Assembly (NCBI GenBank): GCA_965240325.2
Contig: OZ251225.1
Span: 1-64,000 of the forward strand
Source of the DNA: Rebecca billardiae RCC1528
Lineage: Eukaryota > Protista > Haptophyta
Direction: 5' to 3'
DNA: 64,000 nucleotides
Shown here: positions 9,041-20,800 of the stretch, one piece after another
Numbering within the stretch: position 1 is the stretch's first letter
Layout: each line of letters starts with the position of its first letter
Made by a program: the position numbers and the translations under genes
The notes under the pieces: model-generated
The model's input: the letters and a program-made list of their open reading frames with translations, nothing else
What the model was told of the DNA's origin: nothing
The model's database searches: none

Positions 9041-10957
9041 TCTGCTTTGCTGCAGCGGAAGAAGAAGAGTCCGAGGCGCTCACTGAATACACTGTGCTGA
9101 CTCGCCAAGCCCTGACAGCGTTGCTATGATGCAGCCGCAGCCCTCTGGCTCAGCACAGTCCATCACAAGCGATGGCGCAGTGGCAGACCTCGTCAGCCTC
9201 TCCACCGGCGCCTGGCAAGCCTCGTCTCTACTATTCGCCGCCGCGCCGGCCCCGGCAGAACACGTGACCGCGCCGGCGGCCGTCAGCTGGTGCCATCACC
9301 GATGGCGCGTGCGGCGATGATTCCGATCCCACGCCTGCGCGCTGCGCTACACGTGGCGGCGCACCCGGGCGCAGAGGCGGGCTTGAGGACCGGTCGGCAT
9401 CGCGCGCGGGTGCGGGCAGCGCGCGTGCGCTTCGGCCCGCCCTCTCCGTGCACGCTCGCCGCCCCCGGCGGGGGTGCAGCCGGGCGGCGGGTGATGGCTC
9501 GCCGGGCCCGCCGATTGCCGCCAGGCTCGCGTGCTGCCGGTCGTGTGCGCGGCGCGAGTCGGCTGGAAGCCTGCATCATGCGGGCTCTCGCGAGTCAGAC
9601 GAGCAACGCGTATATGCCACCACTCCGTGCGCACCCGGCCACGCGCCCTCGGCCTCCACCGCATCCGCCGCGTGCCCTGCTGCGCGTGCTTGGCATGCGC
9701 TGCGGGGGCTAAACCACCAGTCGGTCGGCGTTGGCCATCCAGCTCGCGCGCGCTCGGCGCGCCGCACGCGATTGCCGCTCACTATTCGCGCACCAGGTGC
9801 AGTTTGGACGAAGAGCAAGATGGGGGGGGGGGGCGGGGCAGCTTTGACCAGGGCAAGGCGCTGGGCCGGCGGTGGAGCGCCCGCAGCTTCCTGGTGTGCG
9901 CTTTGCATCGAGCCACTGTGGGCAGCGAGCGCGCCGGCCGGCCGCGCGCGTGGAGCGCTCCGCTCGAGCGCGGCGCGGTCGCGGCAGCCTCGGTGCAGCA
10001 GGAGCGCGCGCGACTGAACGCGGGCTCACAAGTCCCGCCAAAGCGCGCCAGAGCAGTCGTGCCATCGGCAGCCGTGATCACCGCGCACGCGAGGCAGGTC
10101 GGACGAGACGCGAGATGGGGGCGCGGGGTGGGGGCAGCTTCGACCAGTGCGAGGCGCCGGGGCGGCTGGGCGCCCTCCGCGCGTCGCCCCCGGCGCACAG
10201 CCGCGCCGCCCTCCGACGACGCCGAGGCGAGCTCGCACCGACTTCTGCCAGCCAGCCGCGACCCCGAGTGGCGAGCCGTCACGCACGGCAACGCACGCGC
10301 GGTGCACCGGCACGGCGGAGGGGAGGTGCGCTCGCGCGGACGAGAGGGCAACGTGTGCGCGCGCAAGCGCCCCGCGTGGGGCCGCGCTTGCGCAGGCTGC
10401 TCATCGGCGCGCGTCACGCCTGCCAGCCGCTGCAGCCCCGGATCGCCTGACGCCCGTCGGCCGCGAGTCACGTCACGCGGTGCCGGCAGCTGCTCCTGCG
10501 CCGGGGGAGCGAGCACGCTCGTGCGCGTGGGGGGAAGAGCAGCGAATACACGAGCTGCCCGTGCCGTGCGCGAGGTGCCGCCGACCCGCCCTCGCGCCCG
10601 CCGTGCGCGCCGCGCGGCGCCACCCTGCGGCGAGCTCGGCTTGGTTCCCGCCCAGGCGGCCAGGCCGGTTCAGGAGATACCAGATGATAGTCATCGAAAG
10701 AAGGGCTGGTGGCGTATTTGATCTATGCTGGCGACTCTGAATCATATGCTCGTCGGCGCCGTGTTGATGAGTATTGATTGAGGTGAGTCGGCGAATCGAA
10801 TTGCGAGCGTGTTGCGCGAATCGGCACAAACGCGTTTCATTCGCCCAACATTCACCGTGATGATATGCGAAAGGATGACGAGTTTCCCCACCATGTATTG
10901 TTCGGCATCACATCACACCCGCGCACTCTCAACTCGCGATTCTCATCGACCTCGGCG

Positions 10958-13900
10958 ATGGTGGGCCCTCGCCGCGCGCTCGCGGCCTCGTGCTGGGGCG
11001 TGTGCGCGCTCGTCGCCGCGTCGGCCGGCGGCGGCGCCGCCGGCGCACCGGCCGCGGCCGGTGCGACGGCCGAGGGCGACGAGCCCCTCCGCCTCGAGGC
11101 GGTCGAGCCGCCCGTCCTCCTCGCGCGGCAGAGCCACTCGGCGCGCGTGCGGCTGCGCGGCCCCGGGCTCGCGCGCGCGGCGCGCGCCGAGCTCTCGCGC
11201 GTCGTCGAGAGCCGGCGCGGAGCGGCCGCGGCGCCCTCGGTGCCCCTGGAGCCCTGCGACGCGTGTCGCGACGCGGCGACGCTCGAGATCCCCGCCGCGC
11301 TCCTCGACCGCCCCGCTCAACTCCGCGTCGCCGTGCTCGGCGGCGGCGGCGGCGACGGCGCCGTGAGCGAGGTGCACGTGCGCGTGGCGGCGCCGGCGCG
11401 ACTGTCGCGCGTGCAGCCGGCCGAGGCGCCGATCACCGGCGGCGCGACGCTCACGCTCCTCGGCGACGGCTTTGAGCGCGCGTCCGATCTCGCGCTCGAG
11501 ATTGTCGCGGCCGACGGGCACGCCGCGCTCGCGCGCGCGCGCTTTGTGAGCGCGCGCGAGGTGCACGCGACGCTGCCGATGATGGCGCCGCCGCCGCGGC
11601 TGAACCACACGGCGCTGCGCCGCGGCGAGACGGCGGCGGTGCGCGCGAGCGTGCGCCTCGTGCTGCACGCCGCGCACGCCGCGCCGGTGCCGCTCTCCGC
11701 GCCGCTGCCGGCCGCGCTCACGCTGCGCGTGCGCGCGCCCGTGCGCGTGAGCTACCTCTTCCTCGACGAACCGCTCGACCTGGGGTGCGCGCGCGCGCGC
11801 GCGGCGCGGAGGATGGGCGGCGCCAGCGTGCTGCGGCGGCGGCCGCCCGCGCCCGCTCGCGCCGGCGCGCGCGCTCAGGCGCGCGCCCGCGCCGCCCCCA
11901 CCGCAACCCGCGCCCCGGGTGCGCCCAGCTGGACGCACAACTGGGCGCGCGCGCGCTCGGCCGTCGACGCCCGCTTCGGCGGCTACGTCGCCTCGGAGGC
12001 AGTGGCGCATGTGCCCCCGGAGGCGGCGGCGGCGGCGGCGAGCGCGCGCGCGCGCTGCCGCGCCGGCGCCGACCTGGTGGTGGGCACGACGTTTGGCCAC
12101 AGCGCGGGCATCGAGGCGGCCGCCGCGCACGCAGACTGCGCGGCCGCCGGCACGCGCTTCGTCCAGGTGGGGCGCCGCGGCGGCGGGGCGCGCGCGGGCC
12201 GCGCCGGAGCGCGGCGCGCTGACGCCGCCGCGCCGCGCGCCTGCCGCCGCGCAGGGCGGCTTCCACGAGGTCTCCGCCGGCGTGGCCGTGCTGTACACCA
12301 AGATCTACGAGCACTTCTACCTGGCGGGCGTGCTGGCGGGCGCGCACATGGGCGCGGCGATGGCGTCGCAGACCGTCGGCTTCGTCGTCGGCTTCCCGCT
12401 CCCCTTCGTCCTCGCCAACGTGAACGCGTTCGCGCTCGGCTGCCTCGCGGCCAACGCGCGGTGCGACGTGCGCGTGCTGTGGCTGGGCGCGTGGTCGGAC
12501 GGCTGGGCGGAGAGGGCCGCCGCGTCCAAGCTGTGGGTCGAGGCGAGCGCGGCGCGCGGCAGCGGCGGCGCGGCGCGCGGCAGCGGCGGCGCGGCGCCTC
12601 TGACGCGCCGGCGCCCCCGCCCCCGCGCCCTCCGCGCGCGCAGGACGGCGCGCGGCTGGTGGCGCAGCACACGGACACGCTCGAGGCGCAGCGCGTGTTT
12701 GCGGCCGACGGCCCGCCGCCGTGCGACGCGCTGCCCCTCGACGCCGAGCACGGCCGCCCCGCCACGTGCATGCGGCCGCACGAGGTGGCGCGCACGCTCG
12801 CGCTGCCCGACCGCGGCGCCAGCATCGGCGCCAACATCGACGCGCGCCAGCTGCTCGGCGACAGCGTGCTCAGCAGGTGCGCCGCGCCGCCGCGCGCGCG
12901 CCAGCGCGCGCGCGTCCGCGCCGCCGCTCACGCGAGACCGCGCGCCCGCGCCGCTCGCAGCGTGCTGCTCGAGTGGGCGCCGGGGCTGGAGCACTTTGTG
13001 CGGCGCGTGCTGGACGACACGTGGGTGCCGGGCGAGCGCTGGTACCACGGCGTGGAGGAGGGCGTCAACGCGCTCGCGCCCACCTCGGCGCGCGCGCACG
13101 CGGCCGCGGCGCGCGCGCTCGAGGCCGCGGCCGCGCGGCTGCGCGCGGGCGGCAGCGCGCGCATCTTCTGCGGCGTGCGCGACGCGCAGCGCGGCGGCGC
13201 GTGCGAGCCGACGCCGCCCCTCGACGACGACGACGCGGGCGCCGACGCCGAGCGCTGCTGCCTGGGCGACGCGGAGGTGCAGGCCATGGGCTTCCTCGTG
13301 CGCGGCGTGAGGCTGGCGGCGCGCACGCACGGCCGCTGGGGCAGCTGGGACCAGCCGCACGCGCACGCGCACGGCGGCGGCGCCAACCTCTCGGCGGCGG
13401 AGGCGGCGGGGGGCGACGGCGGCGGGCTGTCGGCGGCGCGCATCGCCGCCGTCGCGCCCTTCGTGCCCCCGCGCCGCGGCGACGTCGACTGCCCGGCCGG
13501 CCGGCTCAAGTGGTGGCCGGAGGGCGCGCCGCGCGCGCTGTGCCGCCCGCGCTGCGCCAGCGGCGCGTACGACGCCTCGGGCGCGTGCGTCGACGTGTAC
13601 GCGTCGCTCGAGGCGGCGACGCGGCGGCTGCGCGCCGCGCTCGGCGCGCTGCTCGCGCTGCTGTGCGCGCTCGGCGCGGGCGCGCTCGCCTCCGCCGCCG
13701 CCGCGCGCTGGCGGCGCAAGGAGGCGCGCCGGCTGGCGCGCGACGAGTGGGTCCGAGCCGAGGTGTCGGCGGCGCTCGCCGCGCGCACGTCGCTGCAGTT
13801 CCCGCTGCACGTGGTCTCGCTCGCCGAGTTTGCGCGGCACGGGCGGCTCGAGCCGTACGAGGCGCTGCGCGCGCGCGGCGCGCACGCCGTGTTTGACAGC

Positions 13901-16900
13901 GTGGGCAGCGCGCGCGCGTACCTGCGGCACAAGCGGCTGATCTTCATCACGCACCAGTGGCTGTCGTGGGCGGAGCCCGACTGCGCCGCCCTGCAGTACG
14001 CGCACATGGTGGCGGCGGCGCGCGCGGTCGCGAGGCTGAACGAGTGGGAGCCGCACCAGGTGGTCGTGTGGGTGCGCGCTGCCCGCCGCGCGCCGCGTGG
14101 CCGGCGGCGGCCGGGCGCCGCTCAGCCGCCGCTGCGCGCGCCCCCCTCCTTCCCGCGCGCGTCGTGTCGTGCTGGCGCTGTGCTCGGCGCCCCGCCGTCG
14201 GCCCCGCTGCTGCCTGCCGCAGGTGGACTACCTGTGCGTGCCGCAGGCGCACGCCAAGCTGCAGGACCTCGCGGTGCAGTCGCTCGCGTACTACGCGGCG
14301 CTCGCGCACGCGCTGCTCTGCGTCGCGCCCGCGGCGGTGCACCGCGACACGGGGCAGGTGCGCGCGCGCGCGCGGCGCGTGAGCGCGGCGGCGCGGCGCT
14401 ATGGGCGGCGCGCGGCGCCGGCCCGCTCACGCCGCTCACGCGCCCCGCCTCCGCGCCGCGCGCGCGCGCCGCAGGTGTGCGACCGTCAGAGCTACCTGCG
14501 GCGCATGTGGTGCCGCGCGGAGCACCTCTGCTTTGCGCTCTCCAACGGCTCGTACAACATGTTCGTCGCGGAGTGCGAGGGGGAGGAGGCGCACGCGCAC
14601 GCAGAGGGGCGGCACAGCGGGTGCGGCGCGGAGCTGCCCGCGTGCGCCGTCACGCCCACCTCGCCGCCGCACTCCGAGCGCTGGAGCAGCGGCGGCGCGC
14701 GCGCGGGCGCGGGCTTGCTCGCGGGCGCGGGCGGCGCGCGCCGCGGCTCGGACGGGCCGCTCTGGCGCGGGGGCGCGCCGCCGCCCGCGCTCGCCGCGGC
14801 GGACGCGCTGCGGCGCGCGAGCGGCCCGTCGCGCCGCGCGTCCGCGGACCGGGCGGCGGCTGTGCGCGTCGACCGCGTCGACGAGCGCGCGGGCAGCTCG
14901 GGGGACGAGAGCGAGGGCGGCACACGCGGCACCCCTCGGCCGCCGCGCGCCTCCGACGCCGCGGCGGCTGCGGACGAGGGCGCGCCGCTCGAGGTGCCGG
15001 CGTGCGAGTCGGCGGAGCTGCTGCGGCGGGCGGGGCGCAAGCCGTCGGTGGACCTGCAGATCGGCGTCTACGGCGCAGGCGCAGGCGCACACGCCAAGCC
15101 GCCGTCGCGCGTGAGTGACGAGTGGCTCGACACCTGCCTGGCGGTGTTTGAAGGTGGGCGCGCGCGCCGCCCTCCCTCGCGCCCGCCCTGCGCAGGCGAG
15201 CCCGCCCCGCTCACCGCCCCGGCGCGCCGCCCCTCGCGCGCAGGCGAGTCGACGTGCTGCGCGCGCGGGCACGTGGTGGGCGGCCACGTGCGCCAGATGT
15301 GCGACAAGGAGCAGGTGCGGCCGTGTGCGCGCGCGCGCGCGTGTGTGTGTGGGGGCGTGTGTGTGTCGACGCCCCCCCTCCCTCCCCGCGCCGCCCCGCA
15401 GCTCGTGCGCCCGCTGCTCGGTCTGTACGGCGAGCTGTTCCGCGCCAACCTCGAGCGGCAGCAGGCGGAGGCGGCGCACGCGCAGCAGCAGCGGGGGCTG
15501 CAGAGGGGCGGCGCAGGGGGCGGGGCGGCGGGCGCGAAGGCGGAAGCGGCCGCGGCCGCGGCGCCCGCCGCCGAGCCCGCCCACTCGCCCGCCGCGTCCC
15601 TGCCGCGCCCCAGCGTGCTGCCGTTGCTCGAGCCCGCCGAGCTCCCCTTGCGGCGCGCGCACTCGGCCGGGGAGGCGGCCGCGCACGGCGGCGGCGTGGA
15701 CGTGCCCGGCGCGCGCGCCGCCGCCGTCGGGCTGCTCGCGCCGGACGGCGGGCGGCGCGATGGCCCGGGCACGCCGACGGCGTCCGAGCGCCTCGTGCGC
15801 AGCCTGCCGCCCTCGCCCGCGCAGCTCGGCCGCCTGCCCGACCCGCTCCGCCATGGGCACCTGCTCGGCTGCCCGCGCACCGCGGTCTCCCCGCGGCCCT
15901 CGTACGGCGAGTCTGAGGCCGACGGCGAGGCGGAGGGCGAGGTGCTCTACTCGGAGCGCAGGCTGCTCGAGAAGCTGGTGCGCGCGCGCGCGCGCACCCG
16001 CGGCCTTCTGCGCGGCGGGGCGTGGCGGCGCGCGCGCGCCGCGCGAGGGCCCCGCCGTCGCGAGCGCCGCGCCTGAGTCGATGCCGCCGCGCGCGCGCAC
16101 CCGTGGCCCCCGTGTCGCCCCCTTGTCGCAGCTCGACCCGGCCGCGCACTCGCGCATCTTCCCGCGCGAGTTTGCCTTTGTCCGCCCGGACGGGCGGCAC
16201 GAGGTGCGCGTCCTCTTCGGCGAGCTGATCGGCGCGATGGAGGCGCACTGGCGCCGGGTGCAGCACGCGACGCCCGCGCTCGCGGGCGGCGGCGGCGGCG
16301 GCGGTGGCGCGGACGCGGTGCACGCCGAGCTGCACCAGCCGGGGGGCTGGGTGCGCTGGTGGCGGCGCAGCGTGCGCTGGCGCCGCGCGGCGCGCCGCTC
16401 GACGCGCTCGTCGCAGAGCGGCCGCCCCAGCAGCGCCGGCGCGGGCGGCGCGAGCGCGGGCGCCGGCGGCGTCGGCAGCGCGCGAGTCAGCGCGGCGAGC
16501 GCGGCGAGCGCGGCCGAGACGCTCCGCGCGGGCGGCGGCCGCTCGTGGCTCACCGAGCTCCGCCGCCTCGGCGTCAGCCCGACGCCGGGCTCGCCGCTGC
16601 TCGGCACGGCGCGCCGCAGCGTCGCGCCCAGCGCGCGCCGCCCGCCGCCGCCCGACGACGGCTCCGGCCGCGCCGCGCGCGCGCTCCCGGACTCGGAGCC
16701 GCTGGGCGCGGGCTCGGAGGCGTCCTCCTCGTTCAAGATGGCGGCGCGCCTGTACGCGCAGTCCGCGCACGGCGGCGCCGAGCCGCCCTCGGCCTTCATC
16801 GGCGGCGAGGAGGCGGCGGGCGGCGCGCAGGGCGGCGGCACGCACGCGGGCGGCGCTGCACGCGACGCTTCCCCGCCGTCCGTCCTCTCCGGCGTCGCGC

Positions 16901-16971
16901 GCTCCAGGTCGGATCAGCTCCGGCACCGGCACGCGCCGTCGGAGAGCGGCGGCGGCCGCCCGGCGCGGTAG
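10958..16971 (+). CDS. Single-pass receptor: signal peptide, IPT/TIG, Bmp/PnrA-type periplasmic-binding domain, Cys-rich repeat, TM, HET/TIR-like domain (about 1665 aa, 10 exons)
   Basis: Exons 10958-11784, 11929-12166, 12255-12542, 12644-12876, 12961-14071, 14223-14357, 14475-15153, 15244-15314, 15402-15977, 16132-16971 join in frame (4998 nt); intron 3 is GC-AG. Bmp motifs: DLGWT, GADLVVGTTFG, YEHFYLAGVLAG, VGFVVGFP..NVNAFALG, WLGAWSD, AQHTD. HET/TIR-like motifs: FITHQWL..PD, VWVDYLCVPQ, SLAYY, YLRRMWCRAE. Confidence 0.8.
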
Positions 16972-17809
16972 CGGCGCTGGCCAGGATTTAGAGGATATTG
17001 AGGATAGGGCTGGAGGCTTCGGCCGCGCCAGCCTGATCACCCGCCGCCCGCTATTGTAAATAAGCGGAATTCATGCTTACAAAGTGACAAACCTATCGTC
17101 CGATCGACCGCTGGGCGCTGCACCCACTCGCCAGTCACCCTGGCTGCCCCGCTCCACGTCAAGGACCGAGACTCGCCCCCGGGCGACGACTTGGACGACG
17201 AGGAGCTGCCGCAGCAGCGGACGAAGCGCACCCTGGACGACGCCGCAGCGCCAGCCGCCGCCAGCCAGCCAGCTGGCTCGGGCGGCAGGCGCGTACGCGA
17301 CCGCTCGGCGGAGCACGGGGCAGGCTCGACCAGCTGCTACCAGCGGCTGAGACTGCCAGCTGACATCCGGACCTGCACCATCGCCCTCGCTCGGGGCACA
17401 GCAGGGCCATGCGAGCCGCGCAGCGCAGGTGGATCGCGCTCCAGCAGCTCAAGGCCGCGCTCAAGCTTTACGATCGCGGTGCAGGCTATGCTCTGCCACC
17501 AACGCCGACTTCGTGTCGACGATCGGGCACTGCCGCCAACAAATCAGGAGACCCGCGTCGTCCTACCTGTGTCGTGAAATCATGGAATGAGTAATGGAGT
17601 AATCGGCAATAGTAATCGACCCTCTACTTGATCGATCCTGATGAATACCTCGACAATAGCAAGGTATTTGAGTCGCCAACTCAGCGGGTACGGTATGTTT
17701 GAGCTGGTATTTGAAGGCGATTGTGATTCCAATCAATGTGGAGAATCTCCTGTCATACTCATCGCTTCGGCGAATCGGCGCGGGAGGAGCTCAGTACTGC
17801 GCCCGCGCC

Positions 17810-20800
17810 ATGCGCGAGCTGGCGCCGCACGGGCCGCGGCGCATGCGCGCGCTCCCTCTCCGGGCGCTGCTCCTGCTCGCGCTGGGCAGGACGAGCAGCA
17901 CCTTCGTGCGCGTCACGCGCGAGCACAAGATCTCCGCGCTCCACGGCGGGCTCAGCCCCGCCGCCATCGGCGCGGGCGATGCGCTCGGGGACTCGGGCCT
18001 CGCGATGGTCGGCGACGTCGACGGCGACGGCGTGCCGGATGCGGTCGCCGGGCTGCCCGGGGCGTCGGCCGCGGACGGCGCGGCCCTCGTGCTCTTCCTG
18101 CGCGCCAATGGCACCGTGCACGCCGAGCACCGCCTCGAGTCCGCGCAGGGCGGCCTGCACACGTTCGCGGCGGGCGGCGAGTTTGGTGCGGGCGTCGCCG
18201 GCATCGGCGACAGGAACAGCGACTCGGTGCCCGACGTGGTGATCGGCGCGCCGAGCGCGGGGAGCGGGGGTGCCGTGTACGTCTGCTACCTCACGGCCAG
18301 CGGCGCCGTCGGCTCGAGCTTCGAGATCAGCCAGGGCTCGGGCGGCTTCACCGGCTCGATCGCCTCGGGCGACGACTTCGGCCGCGGCCTCGCCGACATT
18401 GGCGACGTCGACGGCGACGGGCGGAGCGACCTGCTCGTCGGCGCGCCGACGGATCGCGGCGGCGCGGCGTGGGTGCTCTTCACGAACGACGACGTCACCG
18501 TCCGCTCGCACACGAGGATCGCCAAAGGGTCGGGCGGGCTGAGCTTCAACCTCGGCCCCAACGACAAGTTTGGCTGGTCGGCCGCGCCGCTCGGCGACCT
18601 CGACGGCGACGGCACGCCCGACGCGCTCGTCAGCGCGCCGGGCGACAACCCGGGCGCCGTGTTCGTGCTCTTCCTCAACCCCGACGGCACCGTGAAGGCC
18701 GAGCAGCAGATCGCCGAAGGGGTCGGCGGGCTGGGCGCTGACCTCGGCTCGTGGGACTACTTTGGCCGCGGCCTCGCCACGCTCGGCGATCTCGGCCTCG
18801 ACGGCGCGCTCGACGTCGCGGTGAGCGCGCCGAAGGACGACGACCTGGCCGCCGAGACCGGCTCGTTCTACGTGCTCGCGCTCTCTACCTCGGGCACTGT
18901 CCTCGACGAGCGCAAGTTCTCCAACAGCGCGGGCGGCCTCTCGCTGCAGCTGGGCGCGGAGGTGCTGATGGGCTCCGCGCTGGCCGCGCGCGCGCCCAGC
19001 GCCGACGGCACCGTCCTGCTGCTGGCCGGGGCGCCAGGGGACGCGGACGGCGGCGTGGACGCGGGCGCTCTCTACGCCTACGAGTTGGGGCCCCTGTTCC
19101 CGGAGCCGCCGCCCAGCCCGCCGCCAGCACCGCCGCCGTCCTCGCCACCGCCGAGCCCGCCGCCCTCGCCGCCGCCAAACCCTCCGCTCGTGACGCAGCC
19201 GCCATCGCCGCCGCCCTCACCTCCACCGTCGCCGCCATCGCGCCCGCCTCCGAGCCCGCCTCCGAGCCCGCCACCGCCGAGCCCGCCACCACCGAGCCCG
19301 CCGCCATCGCCGCCACCCGCGCCGCCGCCTTCGCCGCCGCCGGCCCCACCGCCGCCGTCACCACCACCGAGCCCGCCGCCGCCGCAGAGCCCACCGCCGA
19401 GCCCTCCTCCGTCGCCGCCACCTGCGCCACCACCGCCGAGCGCGCCGCCCAGCCCGCCTCCGAGCCCGCCACCTGCGTCACCGCCACCAAGCCCACCGCC
19501 GAGCCCGCCTCCGTCGCCACCGCCTGCACCACCGACGCCGAGCCCGCCGCCCAGCCCGCCTCCGTCGCCGCCACCGGTCCCGCCGCCACCGAGCCCGCCG
19601 CCGAGCCCACCTCCTTCGCCGCCACCTCCACCACCGCCGCCGCGCCCGCCGCCCAGCCCGCCTCCGAGCCCGCCACCTGCGCCGCCGCCACCGAGCCTGC
19701 CGCCGAGCCCGCCTCCGTCGCCGCCAGATGCGCCACCGCCGCCGAGCCCGCCGCCCAGCCCGCCACCGAGCCCGCCACCTGCGCCGCCGCCACCGAGCCC
19801 GCCGCCGAGCCCGCCTCCGTCGCCGCCACCAGCGCCACCGCCGCCGAGCCCGCCGCCGAGCCCGCCTCCGAGCCCGCCACCTGCGCCGCCGCCACCGAGC
19901 CCGCCGCCGAGCCCACCTCCTTCGCCGCCACCTGCACCACCGCCGCCGCGCCCGCCGCCCAGCCCGCCTCCGAGCCCGCCACCTGCGCCACCGCCACCGA
20001 GCCCGCCGCCGAGCCCGCCTCCGTCGCCGCCACCAGCGCCACCGCCGCCGAGCCCGCCGCCGAGCCCGCCTCCGAGCCCGCCACCTGCGCCGCCGCCACC
20101 GAGACCGCCGCCGAGCCCACCTCCTTCGCCGCAACCTGCACCACCGCCGCCACGCCCGCCGCCCAGCCCGCCTCCGAGCCCGCCACCTGCGCTGCCGCCA
20201 CCGAGCCCGCCGCCGAGCCCGCCTCCGTCGCCGCCACCAGCGCCACCGCCGCCGCGCCCGCCGCCGAGCCCGCCTCCGAGCCCGCCACCTGCGCCGCCGC
20301 CACCGAGCCCGCCGCCGAGACCGCCTCCGTCGCCACCGCCTGCACCACCGCCACCGAGCCCGCCGCCCAGCCCGCCTCCGTCGCCGCCACCGGTCCCGCC
20401 GCCACCGAGCCCGCCGCCGAGCCCACCTCCTTCGCCGCCACCTCCACCACCGCCGCCGCGCCCGCCGCCCAGCACGCCTCCGAGCCCGCCACCTGCGCCG
20501 CCGCCACCGAGCCTGCCGCCGAGCCCGCCTCCGTCGCCGCCACCTGCGCCACCGCCGCCGCGCCCGCCGCCGAGCCCGCCACCGAGCCCGCCACCTGCGC
20601 CGCCGCCACCGAGCCCGCCGCCGAGACCGCCTCCGTCGCCACCGCCTGCACCACCGCCACCGAGCCCGCCGCCCAGCCCGCCTCCGTCGCCGCCACCGGT
20701 CCCGCCGCCACCGAGCCCGCCGCCGAGCCCACCTCCTTCGCCGCCACCTCCACCACCGCCGCCGCGCCCGCCGCCCAGCCCGCCTCCGAGCCCGCCACCT

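Noticed and set aside
9040-10800. Multiple 100-400-aa Arg/Ala-rich ORFs
   Set aside because: Expected by chance at this GC content, with no recognisable domain or codon bias.
10865-15118. 1417-aa ORF as a single-exon gene
   Set aside because: It reads through GC-rich introns and leaves the true frame; conserved motifs join only after splicing.
17084-17594. Short ORFs between the two receptor genes
   Set aside because: No motif, clear ATG start or consistent frame; at most a decayed fragment.
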